Notes under the pieces: generated by a model
Seen by the model: only the letters and a program-made list of their open reading frames with translations
The model's database searches: none
What the model was told of the DNA's origin: nothing
Made by a program: the position numbers and the translations under genes
Shown: positions 48,964 to 58,759 of the stretch, piece after piece
Position numbering within the stretch: position 1 is the stretch's first letter
Layout of the letters: every line of letters starts with the position of its first letter
Assembly: GCA_034370405.1 (NCBI GenBank)
Contig: JAXMKY010000112.1
Span: forward strand, 1 to 63,743
Length of the DNA: 63,743 nucleotides
Direction of reading: 5' to 3'
DNA from: Bacteroidales bacterium
Lineage (GTDB): Bacteria; Bacteroidota; Bacteroidia; Bacteroidales; JAAYJT01

Positions 48964-49131
48964 TTAGGCGGGATGAATTGCCTCTACCGGGCACACATCA
49001 GCGCATGCGCCGCAGTCGGTGCAAATATCCGGGTCAATTGTATAGATGTCGCCTTCAGAAATAGCATCAACGGGACATTCGTCAATACAGGTTCCGCATG
49101 CTGTGCAGTCGTCATTAATTACGTATGCCAT
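48964..49131 (-). CDS. 2x[4Fe-4S] ferredoxin (55 aa)
   Basis: MAYVINDDCTACGTCIDECP....CTDCGACADVCP gives two CxxCxxCxxxCP motifs. The ATG at 49131 yields a canonical clostridial-type length. Confidence 0.85.
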   Translation of the reverse strand: MAYVINDDCTACGTCIDECPVDAISEGDIYTIDPDICTDCGACADVCPVEAIHPA

Positions 49132-49173
49132 AATTATAGATTTTATGTTTATAAATAGTTTTAAATCCTGCGG

Positions 49174-49181
49174 CAAAGATA
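49174..49181 (-). promoter_or_regulatory. -7 promoter box (TATCTTTG on the minus strand) for the ferredoxin gene
   Basis: The reverse complement of CAAAGATA is TAnnTTTG, 43 nt upstream of the ATG at 49131. Confidence 0.45.
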
Positions 49182-49291
49182 AAATTATTTTTTTGGATCA
49201 GCAGGACTTATGTATTTTAGAATGAGTATAAATAACAATCGGACTGCTGTTAAATTTTTCAGAACCATTCTACTGCAAAGATATAAACCTT

Positions 49292-49299
49292 TAACTTTG
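49292..49299 (+). promoter_or_regulatory. -7 promoter box TAACTTTG for korAB
   Basis: TAnnTTTG match 28 nt upstream of the ATG at 49327. Confidence 0.45.
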
Positions 49300-49326
49300 C
49301 CGGCAAATAAAATCAACCCTCAAAGC

Positions 49327-51177
49327 ATGAGTAAGAACAAAGATATTCAACCCATCCGCAAAGAGGATGTAGTGATCAAATTTGTAGGTGATTCGGGTGA
49401 CGGGATGCAATTGGCCGGAACTTTGTTTTCGGATGCAGCAGCCATCGCAGGATACGACTTGGCTACGTTTCCCGATTACCCTGCCGAGATCAGGGCACCA
49501 CAAAACACCATTGCAGGTGTTTCGGGCTTCCAGGTACATTTTGGCCACACGAAAATTCACACATCGGGCGACCTTTGCGATATGCTGGTAGCCATGAATC
49601 CTGCTTCGTTGCGTTCGAACCTCAAGTGGGCCAAAGATGGGGCCACCATTATTGTGGATGCAGACACTTTCGCCGATAAAGCCATTGAAAAGGCTGGCTA
49701 TAAAGTCAATCCACTTAATGATGGCAGTCTGGAGAAGTACAATGTTATCAAAGCATCCATCACGAATATCACAAAAGAAAGCTTGGCTGAGGTAGAGATA
49801 GGTGCCAAAGCTGCTGAAAAAACCCGCAATATGTTTGCCTTGGGTGTTGTGTTTTATGTTTTCAACCGAAGCCTTGACAGTACTATTGCATATATCGAAG
49901 ATAAATTCAAAAAGACCCCCCTGGTTGTCCAGGCCAATAGAATTGTTTTACAGGCAGGTTACAACTACGCGAATACTATTGTAGTATTGGGGTCAAGAAT
50001 TGAAGTAGCTCCTGCCGAAATGCCCAAAGGCCGTTATCGTAATATCACCGGCAATGTGGCTACTGCCTGGGGCTTGCTTGCTGCCAGCGAACGGTCGGGT
50101 AGACCGTTGTTTTTAGGTTCATACCCTATTACCCCTGCCACCGAAATACTCATCGAGCTGGCGCGCCATAAATCGCTCGGTGCGAAAGTTTTCCAAGCCG
50201 AAGATGAAATAGCCGGTATCTGTTCTGCCATCGGAGCATCCTATACAGGATCGTTGGCTGTAACTACCACCTCCGGTCCTGGGTTATCGCTCAAGAGCGA
50301 AGCACTTGGCCTGGCCGTGATGGCCGAATTACCAATAGTGATTGTTGACGTACAGCGTGGTGGCCCTTCCACCGGTTTGCCTACCAAATCGGAACAGTCT
50401 GATTTGCTTCAGGCCCTTTTTGGCCGCAATGGCGAAGCGCCCCTCCTTGTTGTAGCGGCTTCTTCGCCTGCCAACTGCTTCGACTATGCTTATATGGCCG
50501 CCAAATTATCCATGGAACACATGACACCGGTGATACTTCTCACAGACGGCAACCTTGGAAATGGTTCGCAACTGTTTCGTATTCCTAAAACGGCTGATAT
50601 GCCTGCCATCAAACCACCCATCGCAAAACCCAATACCGAATATAAGCCTTATCGCCGCGACCCTGTAACCCTAGTCCGCGAATGGGCCCTACCCGGAACG
50701 GAAGGACTTAGACATCGCGTTGGAGGCCTGGAAAAAGAAAATATCCACGGCACTGTGAGCACCGATCCTGCCAACCATCAGTTGATGGTTAACCTGAGGC
50801 AGCAAAAGGTTGATAATGTAGCCGACTACATACCCATGCAAACTGTTGTGGGTGAGCCCGAAGGCGATCTGTTAATTGTTAGCTGGGGCAGTACCGAAGG
50901 TGCTGTACTCACAGCCATACAGGAGTTACAACTGGAGGGGAAAAGCATCAGTATGGCACACTTCCACTACATCATGCCTTTGCCTAAAAATACTGCCGAA
51001 ATCTTTTCACGGTTCAAAAAAATCATTGTGTGCGAGCTCAACATGGGGCAATTTGTAGCTTACTTGCGCATGCAGCACCCACAATTCAGCTACATGCAAT
51101 ATAACAAGGTTCAATGCCTGCCCTTTATGGTCAACGAACTGATAGAAAAATTCAATCAAATCCTGGAGGTGAAATGA
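49327..51177 (+). CDS. korA: 2-oxoglutarate:ferredoxin oxidoreductase (2-oxoacid:acceptor oxidoreductase) subunit alpha
   Basis: VIKFVGDSGDGMQLAG, FPDYPAEIRAP, GSYPITPATE, QAEDEIAG and VDVQRGGPSTGLPTK are typical of fused gamma-alpha KorA. Confidence 0.9.
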   Translation: MSKNKDIQPIRKEDVVIKFVGDSGDGMQLAGTLFSDAAAIAGYDLATFPDYPAEIRAPQNTIAGVSGFQVHFGHTKIHTSGDLCDMLVAMNPASLRSNLKWAKDGATIIVDADTFADKAIEKAGYKVNPLNDGSLEKYNVIKASITNITKESLAEVEIGAKAAEKTRNMFALGVVFYVFNRSLDSTIAYIEDKFKKTPLVVQANRIVLQAGYNYANTIVVLGSRIEVAPAEMPKGRYRNITGNVATAWGLLAASERSGRPLFLGSYPITPATEILIELARHKSLGAKVFQAEDEIAGICSAIGASYTGSLAVTTTSGPGLSLKSEALGLAVMAELPIVIVDVQRGGPSTGLPTKSEQSDLLQALFGRNGEAPLLVVAASSPANCFDYAYMAAKLSMEHMTPVILLTDGNLGNGSQLFRIPKTADMPAIKPPIAKPNTEYKPYRRDPVTLVREWALPGTEGLRHRVGGLEKENIHGTVSTDPANHQLMVNLRQQKVDNVADYIPMQTVVGEPEGDLLIVSWGSTEGAVLTAIQELQLEGKSISMAHFHYIMPLPKNTAEIFSRFKKIIVCELNMGQFVAYLRMQHPQFSYMQYNKVQCLPFMVNELIEKFNQILEVK

Positions 51178-52211
51178 AAATTGATAATACAACAATAGAA
51201 AGATCGAGGGTTGAGCTTACCAAAGAGGATTTTGTTAGCGACCAAATGGTGAAATGGTGTCCCGGTTGTGGTTCATACACAATACTTTCGGCCGTAGCCA
51301 ATGTTTTTCCGAAGATTGGTTACCGCAAGGAAAACTTCATGGTTGTTTCGGGCATCGGTTGCTCGTCGCGGTTTCCGTATTATGTAAATACCTACGGAAT
51401 ACATGGCATCCATGGCCGGGCTTTTGCAATCGCTTCGGGTGTGAAGATTGCCAACCCCCACCTGAGTGTTTGGGTAGCCACTGGCGACGGCGACTCCATG
51501 GCAATCGGCGGTAACCATTTCATCCATACCATACGAAGAAACATTGACATAAATGTGTTGCTGTTCAACAACCGGATTTATGGCCTGACCAAGGGGCAGT
51601 TTTCACCAACAACACCCATGGGATCGGTTACTAAAACCTCGCCTCATGGCACTATAGAGCATCCTTTCAACCCCGGTGAACTCGTGATAGGGGCCCAAGG
51701 AACATTTTTTGCCCGTGTAACCGATAATAATCTTAAACTTCTTACCGATGTAATGTTTGAAGCAGCCCGCCACGATGGCACTTCGATCGTAGAAATTCTC
51801 CAGAACTGCCCCATCTATAATGATAAGACCCATGCGCTGATCACCGCTAAGGAAACCCGCGACCAATATCAGCTGATCCTGAAAAACGGTGAACCCATGA
51901 TCTTTGGTGGTCAGAAAGACAAAGGGATCATGTTGCATGGCACACATTTAAAGGTGGTGACCATAGGAGAAAAGGGCATCACAGACGACAACCTGCTGGT
52001 ACATGATCAATATGAGAAAGACCCCGGCATTCACCTGATGCTTGCCAAGATGATGCCTCCACATTTCCCTGTAGCGCTTGGGGTGATCCGTTCGGCCATG
52101 TATCCCACTTACGATGACCTGGTGGTGGAACAAATTGATTACGAAAAAGCTAACTCCCCCATTAAAAACGTTGACGACCTTCTGAACAGCGGAGACACCT
52201 GGGTAATATAG
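51174..52211 (+). CDS. korB: 2-oxoglutarate:ferredoxin oxidoreductase subunit beta (TPP-binding)
   Basis: WCPGCGSY, SGIGCSSR, TGDGDSMAIGGNH (TPP motif) and NNRIYGLTKGQ. The ATG overlaps the korA stop (ATGA). Confidence 0.9.
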   Translation: MKIDNTTIERSRVELTKEDFVSDQMVKWCPGCGSYTILSAVANVFPKIGYRKENFMVVSGIGCSSRFPYYVNTYGIHGIHGRAFAIASGVKIANPHLSVWVATGDGDSMAIGGNHFIHTIRRNIDINVLLFNNRIYGLTKGQFSPTTPMGSVTKTSPHGTIEHPFNPGELVIGAQGTFFARVTDNNLKLLTDVMFEAARHDGTSIVEILQNCPIYNDKTHALITAKETRDQYQLILKNGEPMIFGGQKDKGIMLHGTHLKVVTIGEKGITDDNLLVHDQYEKDPGIHLMLAKMMPPHFPVALGVIRSAMYPTYDDLVVEQIDYEKANSPIKNVDDLLNSGDTWVI

Positions 52212-52297
52212 TTTTATTTTGTGCTGATATTCTACCTGAAAGGTTTGCCCGAGACGTGAAGCTTTTTAGTAATTTTTTCGGGTTGTCGCAATTTCCC

Positions 52298-52305
52298 TAA
52301 TTTTG
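52298..52305 (+). promoter_or_regulatory. -7 promoter box TAATTTTG
   Basis: TAnnTTTG match 33 nt upstream of the ATG at 52338. Confidence 0.45.
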
Positions 52306-52337
52306 CGCCCTCAACCGAATAAACAATAGTTTTTGAA

Positions 52338-53564
52338 ATGAAAAAAGGCTCAATTGCAATATTATGCGGCGGTGGTCCTGCACCGGGCATCAACACCGTG
52401 ATAGGTACGGTGGCAAAAGTTTTTCTGAAAGATGGTTACCGAGTGATTGGTTTGCACGGCGGCTACAAGAGCTTGTTCACCCCTTCGCCCGAAATTCAGG
52501 AGTTTGATTTTGCTATGGCCGACAAAATCCATAACCAGGGGGGGTCGTTTCTGCAGATGAGCCGATATAAACCCAAGGACAGCGAGTTCAACATTCATTT
52601 TTTCAAAAAGCATGACGTGAAATTGCTCGTGACCATCGGTGGCGATGATACGGCCTCCACGGCCAATCGTATTTCAAAATACCTGCACGCCCACCAGGTG
52701 GATATTCAAAACATACATGTTCCGAAAACCATTGACAACGACCTTCCCCTGCCCGAAGGGCAGCCGACATTTGGCTACCAGAGTGCTAAACAGGAAGGCG
52801 TGAGGATTGCCACCACCGTTTACGAAGATGCTCGTACCAGCGGCAACTGGTTCATTGTTTCAGCCATGGGGCGCGAAGCCGGGCACCTGGCCTTCGGCAT
52901 CGGTGCCGCCTGCCATTATCCTATGATGGTTATCCCCGAAATGTTCAATAAAGTTGAAATTACATTCGATCGTATTATCAACCTCATCATATCGGCCATA
53001 ATCAAACGGATGCTCAATGGTATCCCGTATGGTGTGGCCATTGTAAGCGAGGGTGTTTTCCATTTTATGACCGACGAGGAAATTAAAGCCAGCGGCATTC
53101 TCTTTACATACGACGACCACGGACACCCCGAACTCGGCAATGTTAGTAAAGCGCATATTTTCAATATTTTGTTGCAACAGCGGTTAAAACAGCTCAACCT
53201 CAATGTAAAAAGCCGGCCCGTTGAACTTGGTTATGAATTGCGCTGTGTGAACCCCATCGCTTTCGATCAGTTGTATTGTGCGTTGCTTGGCATGGGCGTT
53301 AAAAAACTATTCGACCAGGGATACACAGCGTGTATGGTAACCTCCGATCATATTGGCGAAACACGGCCCCTGTTCTTTAAAGATGTGGCCGACGAGCACG
53401 GCAAGGTAAAACCACGACTGGTAAACATGGAAGGTCCAAAATCAAAGCTGGTTTTTGATCATGGCTTGCAATACCTTGAACCACAGGACTATGAAGCCGC
53501 AAAGAAATATGTAGCAAACCCCGAAGATTTTGATTTTAAGAAGATTTTGGGTTGGGAATGCTGA
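52338..53564 (+). CDS. 6-phosphofructokinase family protein with the PPi-dependent signature (probable diphosphate--fructose-6-phosphate 1-phosphotransferase)
   Basis: ILCGGGPAPGIN. GGDDT appears in place of GGDGS, and PKTIDND in place of PGTIDND. MGR is also present. Confidence 0.8.
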   Translation: MKKGSIAILCGGGPAPGINTVIGTVAKVFLKDGYRVIGLHGGYKSLFTPSPEIQEFDFAMADKIHNQGGSFLQMSRYKPKDSEFNIHFFKKHDVKLLVTIGGDDTASTANRISKYLHAHQVDIQNIHVPKTIDNDLPLPEGQPTFGYQSAKQEGVRIATTVYEDARTSGNWFIVSAMGREAGHLAFGIGAACHYPMMVIPEMFNKVEITFDRIINLIISAIIKRMLNGIPYGVAIVSEGVFHFMTDEEIKASGILFTYDDHGHPELGNVSKAHIFNILLQQRLKQLNLNVKSRPVELGYELRCVNPIAFDQLYCALLGMGVKKLFDQGYTACMVTSDHIGETRPLFFKDVADEHGKVKPRLVNMEGPKSKLVFDHGLQYLEPQDYEAAKKYVANPEDFDFKKILGWEC

Positions 53565-53571
53565 TAACCGA

Positions 53572-54130
53572 TTAAACAGAAAATCTCTCAAGTATTTTCC
53601 CCACCAGCACCTCTGCCAGTTTCACCTGCGATTCGTGAGTCCAGCCGGCAATATGCGGAGTGAAGATAACATTGTCGCATGAAGCCAGATAACGGAAATC
53701 GGCCGGGGTTTGTTCCAGGTTTTCCAAGGTTTTGCGTTCGTATTCGATTACATCGAGGGCTGCACCCAACACCCTGCCTTCCTTAAGTTTTATAACCAGA
53801 TCATCGGTTTTTACAACCTTGCCACGCGAGGTATTGATCAAATAGATAGGTTTTCTGAAACGATCGAGGTATGGGGCGTCCACCAGGTAATTGGTTTCAT
53901 GGGTCAAAGGTACGTGTAGGCTCAGGATATCAGTTTCTCCGAAAATGGTTTCCATGTCGCATTCTTTAACGAAACCATCTGTGTAATTGGCTTTGTATTT
54001 ATCGTAGGCAAGCACCCTTGCACCAAGCCCTGTGACTAAGACCAAAAAATTGTTCACAGACAAAACCAGCCCGTGTGAGCAATTCAGGAAGAATTGGGTG
54101 AGTGGTATCTATAAAAAGTACTTTATTCAT
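53572..54130 (-). pseudogene. D-isomer-specific 2-hydroxyacid (phosphoglycerate-type) dehydrogenase, disrupted by an internal deletion and frameshift
   Basis: The ATG at 54130 gives MNKVLFIDTTHPILPELLTRAGFVCE, a typical family N-terminus, then runs out of frame to a stop at 53999. The +1 frame continues ..GLGARVLAYDKY..LSLHVPLT..INTSRG..AALDV.E.E...TPHIAG, which is the C-terminal two thirds of the NAD domain. The substrate-domain core and the GxGxxG loop are missing. Confidence 0.55.
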
Positions 54131-54215
54131 TTCTGGTTCTTTGCTTCAATAAATTCAATCCTCTGATTTTGAATGGCAAATTTTTGAATTTACTGCCAAA
54201 TTACAGTTAAAGTCG

Positions 54216-54223
54216 TAACTTTG
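54216..54223 (+). promoter_or_regulatory. -7 promoter box TAACTTTG
   Basis: TAnnTTTG match 57 nt upstream of the ATG at 54280. Confidence 0.4.
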
Positions 54224-54279
54224 CTCGCTATTTGACTATTTTTATTATTTTTCCGCCCACCTAATCTTCGTATATAATT

Positions 54280-56673
54280 ATGTGGAATATTGTTGTCAGT
54301 CTTATTCTGCGATACCGCTTCACCCACCTTCTGGTGATTGGTATTCTGACAATGTTCATGGGATACCTGGCGATACGGGTGACACTTTCGTACGAAATGA
54401 CTCCGATGCTCCCTGATTCCGACTCTACGGTGATAGATTATAAAAGTTTCAAAGAAATTTTTGGTGAAGATGGTACAGTGCTGTTTGTTGGCATCAAAGA
54501 CCCTGATCTTTTTGGTTACGACAAATTCAAAGCCTGGTACGACCTCACTTATCACATGAGAGAGATTGAGGGAGTGGACGAAGTTGTATCCATTGCCCGT
54601 CTTTTCAGGATTGTAAAAAATGACAGTTTGCGTCGGTTTGATTTCGAACAGCTTTTTGCTGATTTTCCTGCCACGCAGGCCGAACTGGACAGCTTGCGCT
54701 CCGTCATCTATTCCCTGCCTTTCTATGATGGTTATCTTTATAATCGCGAAAGCGGGGCTACAGTGATGATGATCACGCTCGACAAAACCAAGATCAACAC
54801 CAAGGGTAGAATTGCCATCGTTAACGAGATTGAAAGCGGGGTCGAGGCGTTTTCTGCATCCACCGGAATTGAAACACATCTTTCGGGAATGCCCTATATC
54901 CGAACCAAGACCATGATCAAGATTCAGCAAGAGTTGAAATTGTTCATTATCCTGGCCATGCTCATTGCCTCGGTTGCCCTGTTTGTCTTCTTCAGGTCGT
55001 TCAAGGCAGTATTGTTCCCAATGCTTATTGTGGTCATCAGTGTGGTGTGGGCGTTGGGCACGATGGTTTTATTCGGATATAAAATAACAATTCTCACCGG
55101 CATTCTTCCGCCTTTGCTTATTGTTATTGGGGTTGAAAACTGTATCTTTCTGCTCAATAAATTTCACCACGAATACCGGTCACATCGCAACAAGGTTAAA
55201 GCTCTTTCGCGTGTGGTGCAAAGGGTGGGTAACGCTACCTTTCTTACCAACCTCACCACAGCCGTTGGTTTTGGTGCATTTATCCTAACACGTAATCAGA
55301 TGCTGATCGAATTTGGCGTGATCGCATTCATCAATATCATGGTGATATTTGTGCTTTCAATCATGCTGATTCCCATATTTTTCAGCTACCTAAATCCTCC
55401 ATCGGCCAGGCATATCCGCCATCTCGATAATCAATTCACGGTGACCATTCTCGAAAAAGTGGTAAACGTTGTGCTGAACCACCGCAGAAGAGTTTACATT
55501 ATCGCATTGTTGGCCACCACCGTAGCTCTATTTGGAATGATGCGGCTGAAAACTTCCGGCAACGTAGTGGACGATATCCCTCACAAAGACCCTGTTTATG
55601 TTGACTTACTGTTTTTTGAGCGGGAATTTCGCGGCATCCTCCCCTTTGAGATTTCAATTGATACACATAAAAAGCGCGGTGTAATCCAATACAACACCAT
55701 TCGCCGCATCAGCCAGTTACAGGATACCCTAGCCACCTACCCTGAGTTCGCACAACCACTATCGGTGGCCGAACTTACCAAATTTCTCCGCCAGGCTTTC
55801 TATAATGGCGACCCCGAGATGTATGATATTCCCAATAGCCAGGAGCAAAATTTCATAATGCGTTATGTGCCGGGAATGCAAGGGGGGAAACGGACTATCT
55901 TACATTCGTTTGTGGATACCAATATGCAGATAACCCGTATCAGTGCGCAGATGGCAAACATCGGAACACATGACATCATGCGGATAAAAAATGATCTCGC
56001 TCCAAAAATTGATTCCATATTTCCTCCCGATCAATACGATGTAAAATTGACTGGTACAAGCATTGTGTTCCTTAAAGGAACCAATTTTTTGGTTACCAAC
56101 TTGTTGACTAGCCTTTTGATTGCCCTCATCGCCATTGTTTTAATCATGTCCATGATGTTTACTTCGTGGAAGATGGTGGGAATTTCGATGGTTCCGAATT
56201 TGCTTCCCCAATTGCTCACTGCCGCCCTGATGGGATATCTGGCCATCAGCATAAAACCTTCCACCATTCTTATTTTCAGCATCGCGTTGGGAATTTCGGT
56301 TGACAATGCCATTCATTTCTTATCGCGCTACCGGATGGAACTCAAACAAAACAATTGGGACATTCGAAAATCGGTAATCAATGCCTTACGTGAAACCGGG
56401 TTTAGCATGGTTTATTCATCCATCGTATTGTTTTTGGGCTTTTCCATTTTCACGCTATCCACTTTTGGCGGAACCGAGGCCTTGGGTTTCCTTATCTCGT
56501 TTACGTTACTGATTGCCGTGCTGGCTAATTTGTTTGTATTGCCCTCGCTGCTGCTGAGCCTCGATAAACGCGCCACCACCAGAACCTTTGGAGACCCCGC
56601 TATTCATATCTTTGATGAAAACGACACAGATGTGGTGATCCCGCAAACCCAACAAATACAATCCGAACAATGA
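54280..56673 (+). CDS. RND-superfamily / MMPL-type exporter (two 6-TM bundles with periplasmic loops)
   Basis: 797 aa with two homologous halves. Each half has a large soluble loop followed by a TM bundle ([22 protein letters not shown] and [20 protein letters not shown]), the pattern of predicted RND-superfamily exporters (HpnN/MMPL-like). Confidence 0.8.
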   Translation: MWNIVVSLILRYRFTHLLVIGILTMFMGYLAIRVTLSYEMTPMLPDSDSTVIDYKSFKEIFGEDGTVLFVGIKDPDLFGYDKFKAWYDLTYHMREIEGVDEVVSIARLFRIVKNDSLRRFDFEQLFADFPATQAELDSLRSVIYSLPFYDGYLYNRESGATVMMITLDKTKINTKGRIAIVNEIESGVEAFSASTGIETHLSGMPYIRTKTMIKIQQELKLFIILAMLIASVALFVFFRSFKAVLFPMLIVVISVVWALGTMVLFGYKITILTGILPPLLIVIGVENCIFLLNKFHHEYRSHRNKVKALSRVVQRVGNATFLTNLTTAVGFGAFILTRNQMLIEFGVIAFINIMVIFVLSIMLIPIFFSYLNPPSARHIRHLDNQFTVTILEKVVNVVLNHRRRVYIIALLATTVALFGMMRLKTSGNVVDDIPHKDPVYVDLLFFEREFRGILPFEISIDTHKKRGVIQYNTIRRISQLQDTLATYPEFAQPLSVAELTKFLRQAFYNGDPEMYDIPNSQEQNFIMRYVPGMQGGKRTILHSFVDTNMQITRISAQMANIGTHDIMRIKNDLAPKIDSIFPPDQYDVKLTGTSIVFLKGTNFLVTNLLTSLLIALIAIVLIMSMMFTSWKMVGISMVPNLLPQLLTAALMGYLAISIKPSTILIFSIALGISVDNAIHFLSRYRMELKQNNWDIRKSVINALRETGFSMVYSSIVLFLGFSIFTLSTFGGTEALGFLISFTLLIAVLANLFVLPSLLLSLDKRATTRTFGDPAIHIFDENDTDVVIPQTQQIQSEQ

Positions 56674-57536
56674 AAGGAATCATCCTGGCCGGAGGAGCCG
56701 GCACAAGGCTACACCCCCTCACGTTGGCTGTGAGCAAACAACTCATGCCCATCTACGACAAACCCATGATTTATTATCCGCTATCGGTACTGATGATGGC
56801 CGGTATCAAAGACATTCTTGTTATTTCCACTCCTTACGATCTGCCGCATTTCGAGCAACTGTTAGGCGACGGGGCGCAATTGGGTTGTTCTTTTCATTAT
56901 GCAAAACAAGAAATACCCAATGGGCTGGCTCAGGCTTTTGTGATTGGTGCACCGTTTATTGGTAACCATAAGGCAGCATTAATCCTGGGCGATAACATAT
57001 TCTACAGCACAGGCCTGCAAAAACTATTGCAGGAAAACAACGACCCTGATGGTGGTGTGATCTTTGCCTATCATGTTTCTGATCCCGAACGTTATGGCGT
57101 CGTGGAATTTGATAAAAATATGCGGGCCATCTCTATCGAAGAAAAACCCAAACAGCCTAAATCGAACTATGCTGTACCTGGTTTATATTTTTACGATAAT
57201 ACAGTATTAGCGATCGCAAAAAATCTACAACCCAGCCCGCGTGGTGAATATGAAATCACCGATGTAAACAAGGAATACCTCAAAATGGGCAAGCTAAAGG
57301 TAGGGATGTTGAGCCGTGGAACAGCCTGGCTCGATACCGGTACCTTTGCATCCCTTATCCAGGCTTCGCAGTTTGTACAAGTGATTGAAGACAGGCAGGG
57401 ATTAAAAATTGGCTGCATCGAAGAAGTAGCCTATCGCATGGGGTTCATCAGCAAAGAACAGCTAATCAGCCTGGCCCAGCCATTGCTCAAGAGTGGCTAC
57501 GGGCAATATCTGCTAGAGCTGAGAGAACACCATTGA
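56670..57536 (+). CDS. rfbA: Glucose-1-phosphate thymidylyltransferase
   Basis: [65 protein letters not shown] and WLDTGT. The ATG overlaps the upstream stop (ATGA). Confidence 0.95.
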   Translation: MKGIILAGGAGTRLHPLTLAVSKQLMPIYDKPMIYYPLSVLMMAGIKDILVISTPYDLPHFEQLLGDGAQLGCSFHYAKQEIPNGLAQAFVIGAPFIGNHKAALILGDNIFYSTGLQKLLQENNDPDGGVIFAYHVSDPERYGVVEFDKNMRAISIEEKPKQPKSNYAVPGLYFYDNTVLAIAKNLQPSPRGEYEITDVNKEYLKMGKLKVGMLSRGTAWLDTGTFASLIQASQFVQVIEDRQGLKIGCIEEVAYRMGFISKEQLISLAQPLLKSGYGQYLLELREHH

Positions 57537-58552
57537 GTAATATTTCTCACACAATCAGCACAAACATGGGCGCTAATCGCTATCTCGAACTGGTTGAAAA
57601 TTCAATCGCTGGTATAGAGTATCCGTTGGTTCCAAAAGGCTTGTACGAACCCATCCGCTACACCCTTTCGAATACAGGCAAGCGCCTTCGGCCTGTGCTA
57701 ACATTGATGAGCTGTGAATTGTTTGGCGGAAAAGCCGAAGATGCCATTTATCCGGCGGTGAGCCTTGAGCTGTTGCACAATTTTACCCTTATCCACGACG
57801 ATATTATGGATCGGGCTCCTCTGCGCCGTGGATTAGAAACGGTTTACCGCAAATGGAACCTTAATATCGCCATCCTGGCAGGCGATACTTTGTTTGCAAT
57901 GGCCTATGATTTCCTGAACCATACTCCGTCCGGAAAACTGCCACAGGTGTTGCATGTGTTCAACAGCATTGCCATTCAAATTTGTGAAGGGCAACAGCAT
58001 GATATGAATTTCGAGCAAAAAAACGAAGTAAGTATTGACGAATACATGGAGATGATACGCTTGAAAACAGCGGTGTTTTTTGGTGGATGTATGCAAATCG
58101 GAGCCTTGATAGGTGGTGCCGATAAAAAACAAGCGGAACTTATTTACCAGTATGGCGAGCAGCTTGGCATTGCATTTCAGATGCAGGATGATATACTCGA
58201 TGTTTTTGGTTCTGTAGAAACTTTTGGCAAGAAACCCGGTGGCGATATTGTGGCCAACAAAAAGACCCTCCTGTACCTTAATGCCCTTGAATTGGCCGAT
58301 GCACCAACTTCAAAGCGATTAAAGAAACTTTATTCGATACAACCCAAGGATACTACTCATAAGGTTGAAGAAGTGATGCAAATCTTCGCCCAACTTAATA
58401 TCCGACATCATGCTGAAAACTTGATGGATCAATTCTATGAATCAGCGCTTGAAAACCTGGCACAGATTGATGCCGATGCCAGCAGCAAGAAAGCTTTTAA
58501 GAATTTTACTCTCAATATGTTGAAAAGAAATAAAATAGATGGCCGTAAATAG
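57533..58552 (+). CDS. Polyprenyl diphosphate synthase (trans-isoprenyl diphosphate synthase family)
   Basis: GKRLRPVL, first Asp-rich motif LIHDDIMD, second Asp-rich motif FQMQDDILD and KKPGGDI. The TTG start at 57533 overlaps the rfbA stop. Alternative ATG at 57566. Confidence 0.85.
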   Translation: MSNISHTISTNMGANRYLELVENSIAGIEYPLVPKGLYEPIRYTLSNTGKRLRPVLTLMSCELFGGKAEDAIYPAVSLELLHNFTLIHDDIMDRAPLRRGLETVYRKWNLNIAILAGDTLFAMAYDFLNHTPSGKLPQVLHVFNSIAIQICEGQQHDMNFEQKNEVSIDEYMEMIRLKTAVFFGGCMQIGALIGGADKKQAELIYQYGEQLGIAFQMQDDILDVFGSVETFGKKPGGDIVANKKTLLYLNALELADAPTSKRLKKLYSIQPKDTTHKVEEVMQIFAQLNIRHHAENLMDQFYESALENLAQIDADASSKKAFKNFTLNMLKRNKIDGRK

Positions 58553-58759
58553 GATTCGTATTTGCCTCAGTTACTAACACACAAAAACACTAAATCTCAC
58601 TAAAAAAGACAGGTATAAAAAAATGCTGTGGTGTCATGCAAGTGCGGATTGAGGCCAATTTATTTTGCGCGAATTCAGAAGTTCTGGGTTTATTGTTCTT
58701 CGCTTCACGAACTCTCGCTTTCTGACTTACAGTTTGAAATGAAGTTTTTACAACCGCAG

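Noticed and set aside
54190-54930. 246-aa minus-strand ORF
   Set aside because: It lies entirely antisense to the promoter and N-terminal part of the well-supported 797-aa RND/MMPL gene. Its composition is low-complexity and His/Arg/Cys-rich with no motifs. It is a typical shadow ORF.
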